Under the pieces are notes generated by a model, which had not been told where the DNA came from, did not search any database, and worked only from the letters and a program-made list of their open reading frames with translations. A DNA stretch of 64,000 bases from the human T2T-CHM13v2.0 reference genome, Homo sapiens: NCBI RefSeq assembly GCF_009914755.1, contig NC_060928.1. One strand, written 5' to 3'. The position numbers were made by a program, and so were the translations under genes. Positions within the stretch are counted from its first letter, which is position 1, and each line of letters starts with the position of its first letter. This document shows, piece after piece, positions 45,776 to 59,977 of this stretch.

Positions 45776-46743
45776 CTTTTCAAAAAGAAAAATGCAAAAA
45801 AAGGGGAAGAGTTTCAATTAGAGATAAAAACTTAAACACACCATTTATTAGTATAATATATGGTTACATAATCAGATCTCTCCATTAAGATAAACACTCA
45901 ATGGCTTGGCCAACGTCCCTGGGAGAAAATAAAACAGCATACATTATTTAGACTGCTTCCTAAGTTAAAAATTAAGTTATCTGTGCTTTGGGGAGAGTGG
46001 TAGGACACAAAGCACACTGCTGGAAAAGCTGGACTTCCTCCCATTGCACCACCCAGCAGTCAGTTCAGGGTCTGCTTCAGGTTACTGAGCTTGTGAATAC
46101 CACACAGGATAGCAGAGCAATGCAAGTATGTAGCAAAGCAAAGTCCAAGTGCCTAAGAGTTTTGACCCTGAACTGAACTCTCAACCTTTGTGCCAATGAA
46201 CATGAGTCATTTTATATTTCAAGAGGTTAAAGTGAAAACAGGATATCTTTATTCTTAACATTAAAAATAAATAAAAATTTTAAAGCACACATTAAAAAAA
46301 TTCTAACAATGGAATTTTGCACAGTGAGGAAATAGGGGTGAGATGGAGCCTGCCTATCCAACCTCTAGGGAGTCCATGCCTGCACTGGAAAAGTGCATTG
46401 TCACTGTCACCAAAGCATTTGGCCGGCTTTCTCTGTGCACACACTGCATGCTTCCACTACCCATCTCCTGTCACTGCTTCCTCATCGCTTCAGCCAGTGA
46501 GGCCTATAGCCAATGCTGCAGACCTAAGCTGCCAATTCTTTGCTGTTCTCACCTATCTTCACCACTCAATTGATTTCTATAGCTCCTAAGGAGACTGGAC
46601 AAACACCACTCTTGTTTCTAGGATAAAGGGTCTCTTAAGGACACTTCAATAAGCAAAGGGTTAAGGGTTACGTTATGATATAATTTATCTGAGAAAATCC
46701 TATTTATATTTACTCGTGAGTTAAATATTAAAAAACAAGAAAT

Positions 46744-47070
46744 GGGCTGGGCGTGGTGGCTCATGCCTGTAATATCAGCAATTTGGGAGGCCGAGGGGGC
46801 AGATTGCCTGAACTCAGGAGTTTGAGACCAGCCTGGGCAACATGGTGAGACTCCGTCTCTACTAAAAAAAAAACACACACAAAAAAATTAGCCAGGCATG
46901 GTGGTGTACGCCTGTAGTCCCAGCTACTCGGGAGGCTGAGGCACAAGAATCACTTGAACCCTAGAGGTGGAGGTTGCAGCGAGCCAAGATCATACCACTG
47001 CACTCCAGCCTGGGCGACAGAGCGATACTGTCTCAAAAAATAAATTGATAAATAAATAAGAATAAAAAAA
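46744..47070 (+). mobile_element. AluS
   Basis: Full dimer; TSD aagaaatgg. Confidence 0.95.
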
Positions 47071-47506
47071 TAAGAAATGGTAATCTAAAGAAGACAAAAT
47101 ATCCTACCATATCTTGGAATCTTCAAAGTTAAAAAAACAAAATCTCAATACTGCAACAGTCTAATGGTATCAAGATTTAAAGTAACTGATCAAGGACACT
47201 TTTGGCATGAAGCAAACCAAACTGCAAAAACAGTACCATGATCTGTGATAACTAGTTTGTGAAGAACCTAGTCTGGAAAGAACATTATTCCAATGTTTCT
47301 ACTTATGAGCTGTCTTTTAAAATTCACTTAGAAATTTTGGGGGGAAATCCATTATGCTGGCATATTTTCATTACCCTCAGAATATACTTCAACAGACCAA
47401 GCTTCCAAAATAAATGCAGATGACTGTATCAACAGGCATGCATGAATGTGCATACAAGAGTCTACGTTTTCACACAGTAAAACTTTTAAGAATATTCAAT
47501 TCAGGA

Positions 47507-47803
<297 letters not shown>

Positions 47804-48366
47804 AGACTTTTCAAACTAAACATTCCAAATGCTTTGTCAAGTTTTCATTCAAACTTGTTATCTTATACTAACACTGAGTATTATGATTAAGATGTTTCCT
47901 AAAAGTTTCAAAGTTCTAAAAATGTTTTCAAAGTCAGCTTTCAAACATATTGACAAAATAATCAATCCCGTAACCTTGGCATGCTTTTATAAGGTGTGTC
48001 TGTGTTATTCTTTCTGGCATTAAAGAAAGGAAAACAAACAGGCAAACTAAACAGTGCACAATGGAGTGCACAGACCCCATCTGCTTCCAAGTTGAGCTGT
48101 TCAGAAAACCCTTGGCACCTTAAATGAACATGCAATCTTCTCATACAGATAATCCATTCATTCTAAGATTTTCCAAATACAACCTTTGGAAGAGGCATTA
48201 TCAGAGGCCAAGTTTGAATCATGTAAAGAAATAACTAGTTCAAGCCAAAGTGCAGCTGTAAAGCAACAGATTCAAGATTTATCAGTAGAGAGTCATAAAA
48301 CATTTTAACAACTCAATTTTCAAGAACTCAGAATTAAAACAACATACAAAATCATAAACCCTGAAT

Positions 48367-49348
<982 letters not shown>

Positions 49349-49921
49349 CCCTAAGCTAATATTCCAGTTTTTCACAAATCGAAACAAAACTTGTCCTGCT
49401 AAGCAGATGCTCAGGGAGATACAAGGTCCTATTCTTAATCTAAGAGACTGCCACTGCTCTGAACATGGCTGGAATTCCTTTTGTGAAAGTGAGTTCACTG
49501 ATGAGGCAGGGAAGCTAAACCTAGAGGCACTAGGCCAGGTGTTAGCATTGGAAGGAAGCCCAGTATCAAAACATGCAGAATCTCAGTGTGTGAAAAACAG
49601 CTCTGTGTTCTAATTATGCCCTCTCCAGTATTGCCACATAGGCGATTTGGACAAGACATTTATAAACCATTTTTTGAAGCAAGATAATTCAAGTTATTTT
49701 CCAAGTAAGAAAAATCTAATGCATACATCACACTAAAAAGCAATTCATTACATTATTTCACTGTTGACAATAAGTAACCCAGGTTGATCCTACCAGACTG
49801 ATTTCCAAATGATATCAAATCTATGCTCAAAGAATAAAATTTTGCCTTTAATTGATAGTATATAAAAGTGCCAGTGTTCTGACAGAAACACCAAATTATA
49901 CGTACCAAAAACATTTGGAGA

Positions 49922-50100
49922 AATTAGCAATATGGTTCAACTAGGGATACAAGCTCTTAGATAAATTTATATATATACTTAACTAGCAGTATGGCTATAC
50001 ATACATATATGTGGCTATACATATATACATATATATACATAATTAGCAGTATGGCTTAACTAGGGATACAAGCTCTTAGATATATTTTATATATACTTAA
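49922..50100. repeat. ~60 bp direct duplication around a TA/CATA-rich spacer
   Basis: aattagca(a/g)tatgg..aactagggatacaagctcttagata...tatacttaa at 49922-49982 and 50041-50100. Confidence 0.92.
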
Positions 50101-50311
50101 GTATAGAAATTATGATGCACAAGTTTAAACGTCAGTAATATTTTACTAGAGCCAACAATGTGCCATCTTTTAGTACTCAACAGAAACTCAATATTGTTAA
50201 TAAAAATAACAGCCCCAAAATAACCAGCTAAATTGACTTCTTTGAAGAATGGACCAATGAACTGGGAGTACTAATGTTTTGGGTGACAGAGGGGTTAAGA
50301 ATAACAGAAAA

Positions 50312-50603
50312 GGCCAGGCATGGTGGCTCACACCTGTGATCCCAGCACTTTGGGAGGCCAAGGCAGGAGGATCGCTTGAGCCCAGGAGATCCAGACCAGG
50401 ACAACATAGTGAGACCCTGTTTCTACAAAAAATTAAAAAATCAGCCAGGTGTTGTGGTGCACGGCTGTAGTCACAGCTACTCGGGAGGCTGAAGTGTGAG
50501 GATCGCTTGAGCCAAGAGTTTGGGGTTGCAGTGAGCTATGATTGCACCACTGCACTCCAGTATGAGTGACAGAGTGAGACCCAGTCTCTAAAAAAAAAAA
50601 AAA
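50312..50603 (+). mobile_element. AluJ
   Basis: Full dimer. Confidence 0.93.
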
Positions 50604-50879
50604 TGTGTAAAGAAAAGAATAACAAAAACCATAAGGAGTAATAATCACCAACTATCACAGAGCCAACCAAGGAACAAAGAAACATTATCTCATTTTGATT
50701 AACAGAAAGTTAATCTAACAATGAATAGCCTTGTTCTGTGAACTCAAATTTGCTTACTACGTTTGTTTCACCTGTAAACTGTCTAAGGAAGGTAAATGAC
50801 AAGGAACAGCACTTTGCACACAGGCTCTTCCCTTGGAGTGGCCAGCACATACTCCCTTTCAGGTGTATTCAGTGACAGC

Positions 50880-51170
50880 AGGTGAAGGTTTCCCTGATCA
50901 CCTGATTCCAACTGCAAATCAACCTTCTTCTCCCTACTTCTCTCTCTTCCTCCCCTTTCTCCACCCCTTCTCTGCTTAAACTTTCCCCATAGTTTCTTCT
51001 ACCATCTAACATGCTATCTATTTAATTTCTTTATTATTTATCATAACTGTCTTCCTCAAAAAATTAGCTCCATGAGCAGAGTTTTATTTTTGCCCATTTT
51101 GTTCACTACTGAATTCACATCCCTAAAGCACAGCACAGGCCCTATAAGAACAAGTTGAATGAATCAGTGA
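50880..51170 (+). mobile_element. L2 3' end
   Basis: gctccatgagca...ttgttcactactgaattc...gttgaatgaat terminus. Confidence 0.65.
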
Positions 51171-51331
51171 ACAAAAGTGAACAGCTACCAGAAAACCCCA
51201 AAACTGGCTGACACTTCTTTCACAATTTCCCAAAAAAAAAATTTTTCTACTCAGATTATTCATTACAGCTTGTCTAAATCAACAAAAATTCTGAGTTAGG
51301 TAGTCTAAGAAACCACTAAAAAAAAGAACCT

Positions 51332-51621
51332 GGCCAGATGTGGTGGCTCACACCTGTAATCCTAGCACTCTGGGAGACTGAGGCAGGAGAATCGCTTGAA
51401 CCCACGAGTTCAAGACCAGCCTGGGCAACACAGCGAAACCCCATCTCTACACAAAACACAAAAATTAGCTGGACGTGGTGGGACACGCCTGTAGTCTCAG
51501 CTATTCAAGAGGCTGAGGTGTGAGGATCACTTGAGCCCAGGGAGGTCAGGGCTGCAGTGAGCTGAGTTCATGCCACCACACTCCAGCCTGGGCAACAGAG
51601 TGAGACTCTGTCTCAAAAAAA
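51332..51621 (+). mobile_element. AluJ
   Basis: Full dimer. Confidence 0.93.
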
Positions 51622-51806
51622 GGGAAGCTTTCCAAAAGTAAAACTTAATTGTCCTTTATTTGTTCTGCTGACTGGTTCTATATCCCAGGTGGAGTGAAGA
51701 TAACAAATAATTGGAAGGGTGGGTAGAAGATAAACATATCCTGAAGCAGATGATAACAGAACCACATTGTTCCCATTTGAGTATTTCAAAAGAATCTGCT
51801 GGTTAC

Positions 51807-52057
51807 CTGAGCTATAGAGGCCTGGGGATTACCCAGCAAGTTTTTGAATGAACGCTTGGAAACCCATCTGAGTTGATGACAGAAGGAGGTGGTGTAGCTG
51901 ATCTCCTTGAAGACTGTGATCTTCTTCTTCTTCTCACCCCCGGAAAGTTGATGTAATTCAGCTTTTGTCTCTTTGTAGAAGGAGGAGTTGACATAAATCT
52001 CCGCTAATTTTTCTATGAGTGGCTTATCCTGCTTGGAAGGCTCTATGATCTCTGTGG
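51807..52057 (-). CDS. ABCG2: ABCG2 exon 9 (NBD-TMD linker)
   Basis: 251 nt encoding ATEIIEPSKQDKPLIEKLAEIYVNSSFYKETKAELHQLSGGEKKKKITVF...RSFKNLLGNPQASIAQ. Confidence 0.98.
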
Positions 52058-52183
52058 CTTTGCAATCAGTGGATAAAAAGGAAACACAAACAAGATAACA
52101 ACAAATTTAGCCCATTTTTTCTGTGAACCCTTTCTTGGATGCTTCCCTAACACCTTCATTCTAAAGCTTTAGAAAGAAAAAAT

Positions 52184-53147
<964 letters not shown>

Positions 53148-53460
53148 ATCTGGTTGTTGCTTCCTACTATATGCAAATGCATATATTGCCAAGTTTCTTA
53201 TTTTAAAAACACTATATAAACACTGAGCATTTTTTAAAATGTTAACTCCTCTTGGAACTGACAACACCATATAAATTCTCATTTATAAATTAATCAAAAA
53301 CACCAACAGCACTCACAGACAACAAAATATTTGTGTTGACTGGTATCAGAAGACTGCATCAACAGAAATTCACAAAGCCACATTTTAATTAGCCACCACA
53401 TTGCTAAACTTCAGCCAATTCAATTAGGCAAAAATCTGGGACTGTAACAGATTCATATAC

Positions 53461-53562
53461 CTTTAAAGTCTTCTTCTCTGTTTAATGCCACAGCAGTGGA
53501 ATCTCCATTAATGATGTCCAAGAAGAAGTCTGCAGGGTTATTATAGGCCTCACAGTGATAAC
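53461..53562 (-). CDS. ABCG2: ABCG2 exon 8 (NPADF motif)
   Basis: 102 nt encoding GYHCEAYNNPADFFLDIINGDSTAVALNREEDFK. Confidence 0.98.
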
Positions 53563-53736
53563 CTATGAAAGAAGGCAGCTCAAAAACACAAACTTGATGG
53601 TCTTGGAAAACAAAGAGAACTCACTTTCAGAGGGTGAGGGAGGTAAGGCTAGAGAAGACAGAATCTAATGACTTTTCCTTAACTTTCTTTCTCTCTTCTT
53701 CCCACGTAATTTTACCCTTTCTTTTTATATATTCAG

Positions 53737-53744
53737 TCTCTCTC

Positions 53745-53801
<57 letters not shown>
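53737..53801. repeat. Compound (CT)n(AT)n microsatellite
   Basis: Directly visible, next to an Alu tail. Confidence 0.96.
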
Positions 53802-53802
<1 letters not shown>

Positions 53803-53809
<7 letters not shown>

Positions 53810-54101
53810 TATTTATTTTGAGACAGGGTCTCCCTCTGTCACCCAGGCTGGAATGTGGTGGGGCAATCTTGGTTCACTGAAACCTCTGCCTCCCGAGTTC
53901 AAGTGATTCTCCTGCCTCAGCCTCCCAAGTAGCTGGGATTAGAAGCACGCATGACCACGTCCAGCTAATTTTTGTATTTTCAGTAGAGACACAGCTTTGC
54001 CATGTCGGCCAGGCTGGTCTCGAACTCCTGGCCTCAAGTGATCCACCCGCCTCGGCCTCCCAAAGTGCTGGGATTACAGGCATGAGCTACTGTTCCCAGC
54101 C
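53803..54101 (-). mobile_element. AluS
   Basis: Reverse full dimer. Confidence 0.95.
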
Positions 54102-54139
54102 TATCACACAATATTTCGGCAATTCTTTGTCTCTGGGCC

Positions 54140-54171
<32 letters not shown>

Positions 54172-54431
54172 ACTCCAAGCCAACCTTGGATTTGCAGGGC
54201 ATTTTGCATTAGTGCTTGGTCCTTACCTATCATAATTCATGAGACCTGAAATAGCTATCAGTATGCTCTGGTGCTTAACAGTACTTCCTCAAAAATCTAA
54301 ATATAGACCCAAGAAAAAAATCCAAAAGCCCAGGTGTGTTCTGCTCTCTGAGTTCACCGACAGAATGCCAGAATGATAGAACCCACATTAGCAATGACTA
54401 CTTCCCCACATACTAAATTCAGAGGTCCAGC

Positions 54432-54729
<298 letters not shown>

Positions 54730-55227
54730 TTAATTAATTCAGAAATCCAAATCAACTGCTGTGCTGCTGTAATTCCAAATAGAGAACAAATCCCCTGAGC
54801 AGTATTCTCGATAGAACATGGCCAGCACAGCACACCTGAACCATTCAGCTTTGGATGATGAGATCATCTGAACTCAGCGTGGCCTGAAGTCTGACTCTTA
54901 GTTCATCCCCTTTATTAAAACCTAATTAAGAAACATGGCCAATGAATATCTAAAATTATATTTAGGATCATAGGGAATCATTTATAATCATATCCAAATA
55001 TATCTAAAATGATGCAGACCGCACAAGCCATTAAAAAAAATCACACATTTCTATCTAAAATTTTAAAAATCACACATTTCAATTTGAAATAAAAAGAACC
55101 ATGCTGTCCAAGATTGTTAGAAATTTTGGCCCATCTAAGTCAGGTTTAGGACTAACCACTCTATTGACCGATACCCACTCAAGGGCTAAAGCTGCAATCT
55201 ATAGTTACCAGAAAATTAAGTAGTGTC

Positions 55228-55830
55228 TGCCGGTCACAGTGGCTCACACCTGTAATCCCAACACTTTGGGAGGCCACAGCAGATTGCTTTAGCTCAGGAG
55301 TTTGAGACCATCCTGGGCAACATGGCAAGACCCCGACTCTACAAAAAATACAAAAATTAGATAGCCATGGTGGCATGTGTCTATAGTCCCAGCTGCTTGG
55401 GTGAGGTGGGAGGATGGCTTGAGCGCGGGGGGTTGAGGCTGCAGTGAGTCAAGATTGTGCCACTGCACTCCAGCCTGGGTGACACAGTGAGATCCTATCT
55501 CAAAAGAAAAAAAAAAAACCTTAAATAAAATTTGCTGGGTGCAGTGGCTCACACCTATAATCCCAGCACGTTGGGAGGCCGAGGTGGCAGATCACAAGGT
55601 CAGGAGATCAAGACCATCCTCCTGGCTAACAGGGTGAAACCCTGTCTCTACTAAAAAAATACAAAAAAATTAGCCGGGCATGGTTGTGGGCGCCTGCAGT
55701 CCCAGCTACTCAGGAGGCTGAGGCAGGAGAATGGTGTGAACCCGAGAGGCAGAGCTTGCAGTGAGCCAAGATCACGTCACTGCACTCCAGCCTGGGCAAT
55801 AGAGCAAGACTCCATCTCAAAAATAAAAAT
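55228..55830 (+). mobile_element. AluJ (55228-55518) with an AluY-like copy (55534-55830) in its tail
   Basis: Outer TSD aaaattaagtag brackets both elements. Confidence 0.9.
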
Positions 55831-56290
55831 AAACAAAATTAAGTAGCATTTCCATGAGTGCTCATCAAGGCAGACCAACATGTGCAAGGGGAAAAAATTT
55901 TAAGGCCTCATCTGTTATATGGTCAAGAAGACAATCATATTAGGCCTTCCCAAAAATGTTCAAGTGACAGAATAAATGGCTATAAGGCCAACATATTAAT
56001 TACTGAGCTTTTAAGAAATGGTCACTGTAACTAGGAAGCAGAATATAGGCCCAGTAGAAATACACACATGCATGCACATTGAAATAAGACAAGAAAGATA
56101 CCTAAATAACAAGCTGGTGCTACAAAAATGAAGAAAAATACTAGCACCAAATGGAACAAACACATTTTGAAGTGATAGATTCTCATGGTATGTCTACCCA
56201 AAGACCAAACAGCACTCCTGCAGACCCCCTTTGCTCTCCTTCAGGATTCTATTAATGAAGCATTTTACAGCATAAAAAAGTCAACCATAC

Positions 56291-56442
56291 CAGCTGATTC
56301 AAAGTATCCCAAGGCCTCCTGAGCAGGCCCGTGGAACATAAGTCTTCCTGAGGCCAATAAGGTGAGGCTATCAAACAACTTGAAGATGGAATATCGAGGC
56401 TGATGAATGGAGAAGATGATTGTTCGTCCCTGCTTAGACATC
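56291..56442 (-). CDS. ABCG2: ABCG2 exon 7 (H-loop SIHQP)
   Basis: 152 nt encoding MSKQGRTIIFSIHQPRYSIFKLFDSLTLLASGRLMFHGPAQEALGYFESA. Confidence 0.98.
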
Positions 56443-56629
56443 CTAAGTTAAAAGTGAGACAATACTAAGTCATTAAATATCTGAAACTTGTATTTCTCAG
56501 TAAAATACTCTATTCTTGCCTTTAGATTGTTTGCTCTAGTTCAGCCTGACTTTGTCTTACTAACTTTTCATCTCATATTATTTAGCTATAGTTAGCAAAC
56601 CTAAATTCAATGCTTTTATTAAAACAGAA

Positions 56630-56810
56630 TAGGAATTTTCAGTGTGTTGTATTGACAATCTAGAATCAACTAGAATAGTTATTAAAAATGCAGATTCTAG
56701 GACAGTCTTCCCAGACATTGAATTAGAATCTCTGGCAGTAGGTCTAGGGAATCCATATTTTAAGAAGCAACCCAGGTAATCTGCAAGTATTTACAAGTTT
56801 GAGAACTAAC
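56630..56810. mobile_element. MER5-like hAT element
   Basis: tagaatca...ttaaaaatgcagattctagg...gaattagaatctctgg...aagtttgagaact. Confidence 0.75.
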
Positions 56811-56914
56811 TATGGACTGCATATTAAAACAATGGTCATATATCTCATTCTGACTTATCATTTAGGTCTTCTGGCTCTTTAAAAATTGGTTTTCACTCTT
56901 CTGCCCTAATAATG

Positions 56915-57140
56915 CAATTAACATAACTGAGTACTTACTATGTCTTTGCTAAATAATTTAGAGATAACTTCATTTCAATTTTCACAATATTGTCATGAGG
57001 CAGTTCCAATATTATTATTATTACCCTCATTTTATAAATATGTCTTAAAGGATCAAGCAACTGGCCAAGGGATCACAGTTAGTAAGAGGCAAGGCTGGGA
57101 TTTAATCTCTGGTCTAAGTCCATGACCAAAATAGTGCTAA
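56915..57140 (-). mobile_element. MIR
   Basis: actgagtacttactatgt...ccctcattttataaat...aactggccaaggg..cacagttagtaag. Confidence 0.7.
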
Positions 57141-57173
57141 AGTACCTTTTCACAGGAGTTATGACTTACAGGT

Positions 57174-59115
57174 TGATAAGGTTTGGCTGTGTGCCCACCC
57201 AAATCTCACCTTCAATTGTAACAATCCCCACATATCAAGGATGGGGCCAGGTGGAGATAATTGAATCATGGGGGAAGTTCCCCCATACTGTTCTCGTGGT
57301 ACTGAAAAACTCTCACGAGATCTGATGGTTTTATAAATGGGAGTTCCCCTGCACAAGCTCTCTTGCCTGCTGCCATGTACAACATGCCTTTTCTTCTTTG
57401 CCTTCCACGAAAATTGTGAGATCTCCCCAGCCATGTGCAACTGTAAGTCCATGAAACTTCTTTCCCTTATAAATTACCCAGCCTCAGGTATGTCTTTATT
57501 AGCAGTGTGAGAACAAACTAATACAGTAAATTGGTACTGGTAGAGCAGGATGCTGCTGTAAGATACCCAAAAATCTGGAAGCCACTTTGGAACTGGGTAA
57601 CAGGCAGAGGCTGGAACAGTTTGGAGGGCTAAGAAGAAGACAGGAAGATGTGGGAAAGTTTGGAACCTCCTAGAGACTTGTTGATTGGCTTTGGCTGAAA
57701 TGCTGACAGTGATATGGACAATGAAGTCCAGGTTGAGGTGGTCTCAGATGGAGATGAGGAACTTGTTGGGAACTGGAATAAAAGTGACTCTTGCTATGTT
57801 TTTTTAGCAAAGAGACTGGTGGCATTTTGCCCCTGCCCTAGAGATCTGTGGAACTATGAACTTGAGAGAGATGATTTAGAGCATCTGGTAGAAGAAATTT
57901 CTAAGCAACAAAGCATTCAAGAGGTGACTCGGGTGCTGTTAAAAGCATTCAGTTTTATTCATTCACAAAGATATGGTTTGAAATTGGAACTTATGTTTAA
58001 AAGGGAAGCGGAGCATACAAGCTCAGAAAATTTGCAGCCTGATGATGCGATAAAAAAGAAAAACCCATTTTCTGAAGAGAAATTCAAGCCTGCTACAGAA
58101 ATTTGCATAAGTAATAGGGAACCAAATGTTAATCACCAAGACAATGGGGAAAATGTCTCCAGGGAATGTCAGACGTCTTTACAGCAGCTCCTCCCATCAC
58201 AGGCCCAGAGGCCTAGGAGGAAAAAATGGTTTCCTAGGCCAGGCCCAGGGCCTTGCTGCTTTGTACAGTCTCGAGACTTGGTACCCTATGTTTCAGCCAT
58301 GGTTAAAGGGGACCAACAGAGAGTTGGCGGCTTCCATGTGGTGTTAGGCCTGCCCTTCACCTAGATTTCAGAGGATGTATGGAAATACCTGGATGTCCAG
58401 GCAAAAGTCAACTTTAGGGGTGGAGCCCTCATGGAGAACCTCTGCTAGGGCACTGCAGATGGGAAATGTTGGGTGGGAGCCCCTACACAGGGCCCCCACT
58501 GAGGCACTGCTTAGTGCAGTAGTGAGAAGAGGGCCATCATCCTTAAGACCCCAGAATGGTAGATCCACCAACAGCTTGAATTGTGCATCTGGAAAAGCCA
58601 CAGACACTCAATACCAGCCTGTGAAATCAGCCACAAAAGGGGCTGTGCCCTGCAAATCCACAAGGCCAGAGCCTCCCAAGGCCCTGGGAGCCCACCTCTT
58701 GCATCAGTGTGACTTGGACGTGAGATATGGAATCAAAGAAGATAATTTCAGAGCTTTAAGATTTGACTGCCCCTTTGGATTTCGGACTTGCGTGGGACCT
58801 GTAGCCCCTTCGTTTTGGCCAATTTCTCCCATTTGGAACAGGTGTATTTACCCAATGCCTGTACTCCTATTGTATCTAGGAAGTTACTAACTTGCTTTTG
58901 ATTTTACAGGCCCATAGGTGGATGGAACTTGCCCTGTCTCAGATGAGACTTTAGAATGTGAACTTTTGAGTTAATGATGAAATGAGTTAAGACTCTGGGA
59001 GACTGTTGGGAAGGCATGATTGGTTTTAAAATGTGAGGACATGAGATTTGGGAGGGAGGGGCCAGGGGCAGAATGATATGTGTCCCCACCCAAATCTCAC
59101 CTTGAATTGTAATAA
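57174..59115 (+). mobile_element. THE1 (THE1C-like) MaLR provirus: 5' LTR 57174-57525, internal 57526-59073, 3' LTR truncated after ~40 bp
   Basis: tgataaggtttggctgtgt...actaataca LTR; internal ORF remnant 57714-58364 MDNEVQVEVVSDGDEELVGNW; polypurine tract, then a second LTR start. Confidence 0.92.
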
Positions 59116-59819
59116 CATTTGTAATAATTATAATAACAATACACAGGTGGAAGAAGGGCCAAAATCACTGTTCAAAACTGTTACTATTCAAAATATTTTA
59201 TGTGAAGAGTCACTTCAATTTTAACATTTTCTAAGAACTTACTGTATGCTAGCAGTGTACACAAAAACATTCTGCCTCAAAGAGGATCAGGCCAGTAGGT
59301 CAACAATTTCAGTACAATATGAAATAGAAGATGCTAAGGATTCCTCATAAGCAAAATGGGAGACTCACAACCCAGTCTGAAGATGATATAAGTAGAGTAA
59401 AAAAGGCCCAACAGGAGGAAGCTAAGAAGAAAAAGAAAAAGTACTGAAGGTGGAAGAATAAGATGAAAAAGGTGTGAAATAAAAAGGTCTACTCAGAAAA
59501 CTACAAAATGTTCAGTGTTATAGAGCAGAGAGAGGGAGAAAAAATGTGTATGTGTGTGTCTGTTGGTGTTGAGTAAAGAAGCTAAAGAGACAGCAGCAAA
59601 ACAGGCCCAACCCCCCTACACCCTCATCACAGACATCCTTCCCTACATTCTTACCTGCTTTGTTTTTCTTGATAATGCTTTTCATTTGTTAACTGACTTT
59701 CACTCCAACAGAAGAGGAAGAAATTACTTTGATCATTTCTGAACCCCCTGCCCCAAGAATATCTGGGACATAGTAGTGATAAGATATTAACTAAAGAATA
59801 ATGTTTCCAGAGCATTTAC

Positions 59820-59977
59820 CTTTTCAGGAGCAAAAGGACAGCATTTGCTGTGCTTGAGTCTAAGCCAGTTGTAGGCTCATCCAAGAACAAGATGGAAGGA
59901 TCAGTGATAAGCTCCATTCCTATACTAGTCCTTTTTCTTTCTCCTCCAGACACACCACGGATAAACTGAGTTCCAAC
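59820..59977 (-). CDS. ABCG2: ABCG2 exon 6 (signature VSGGE, Walker B, D-loop)
   Basis: 158 nt encoding [53 protein letters not shown]. Confidence 0.98.

Noticed and set aside
49922-50100. CRISPR-like repeat-spacer pattern
   Set aside because: Only two units, in primate intronic DNA with no cas genes; a simple local duplication.
57420-57436. PRDM9 hotspot motif in the THE1 LTR
   Set aside because: The sequence is atctccccagccatg, which does not match CCTCCCTAGCCAC or CCNCCNTNNCCNC.
57714-58890. 216-aa and 171-aa ORFs as a novel gene
   Set aside because: They are the THE1/MaLR internal ORF remnant.
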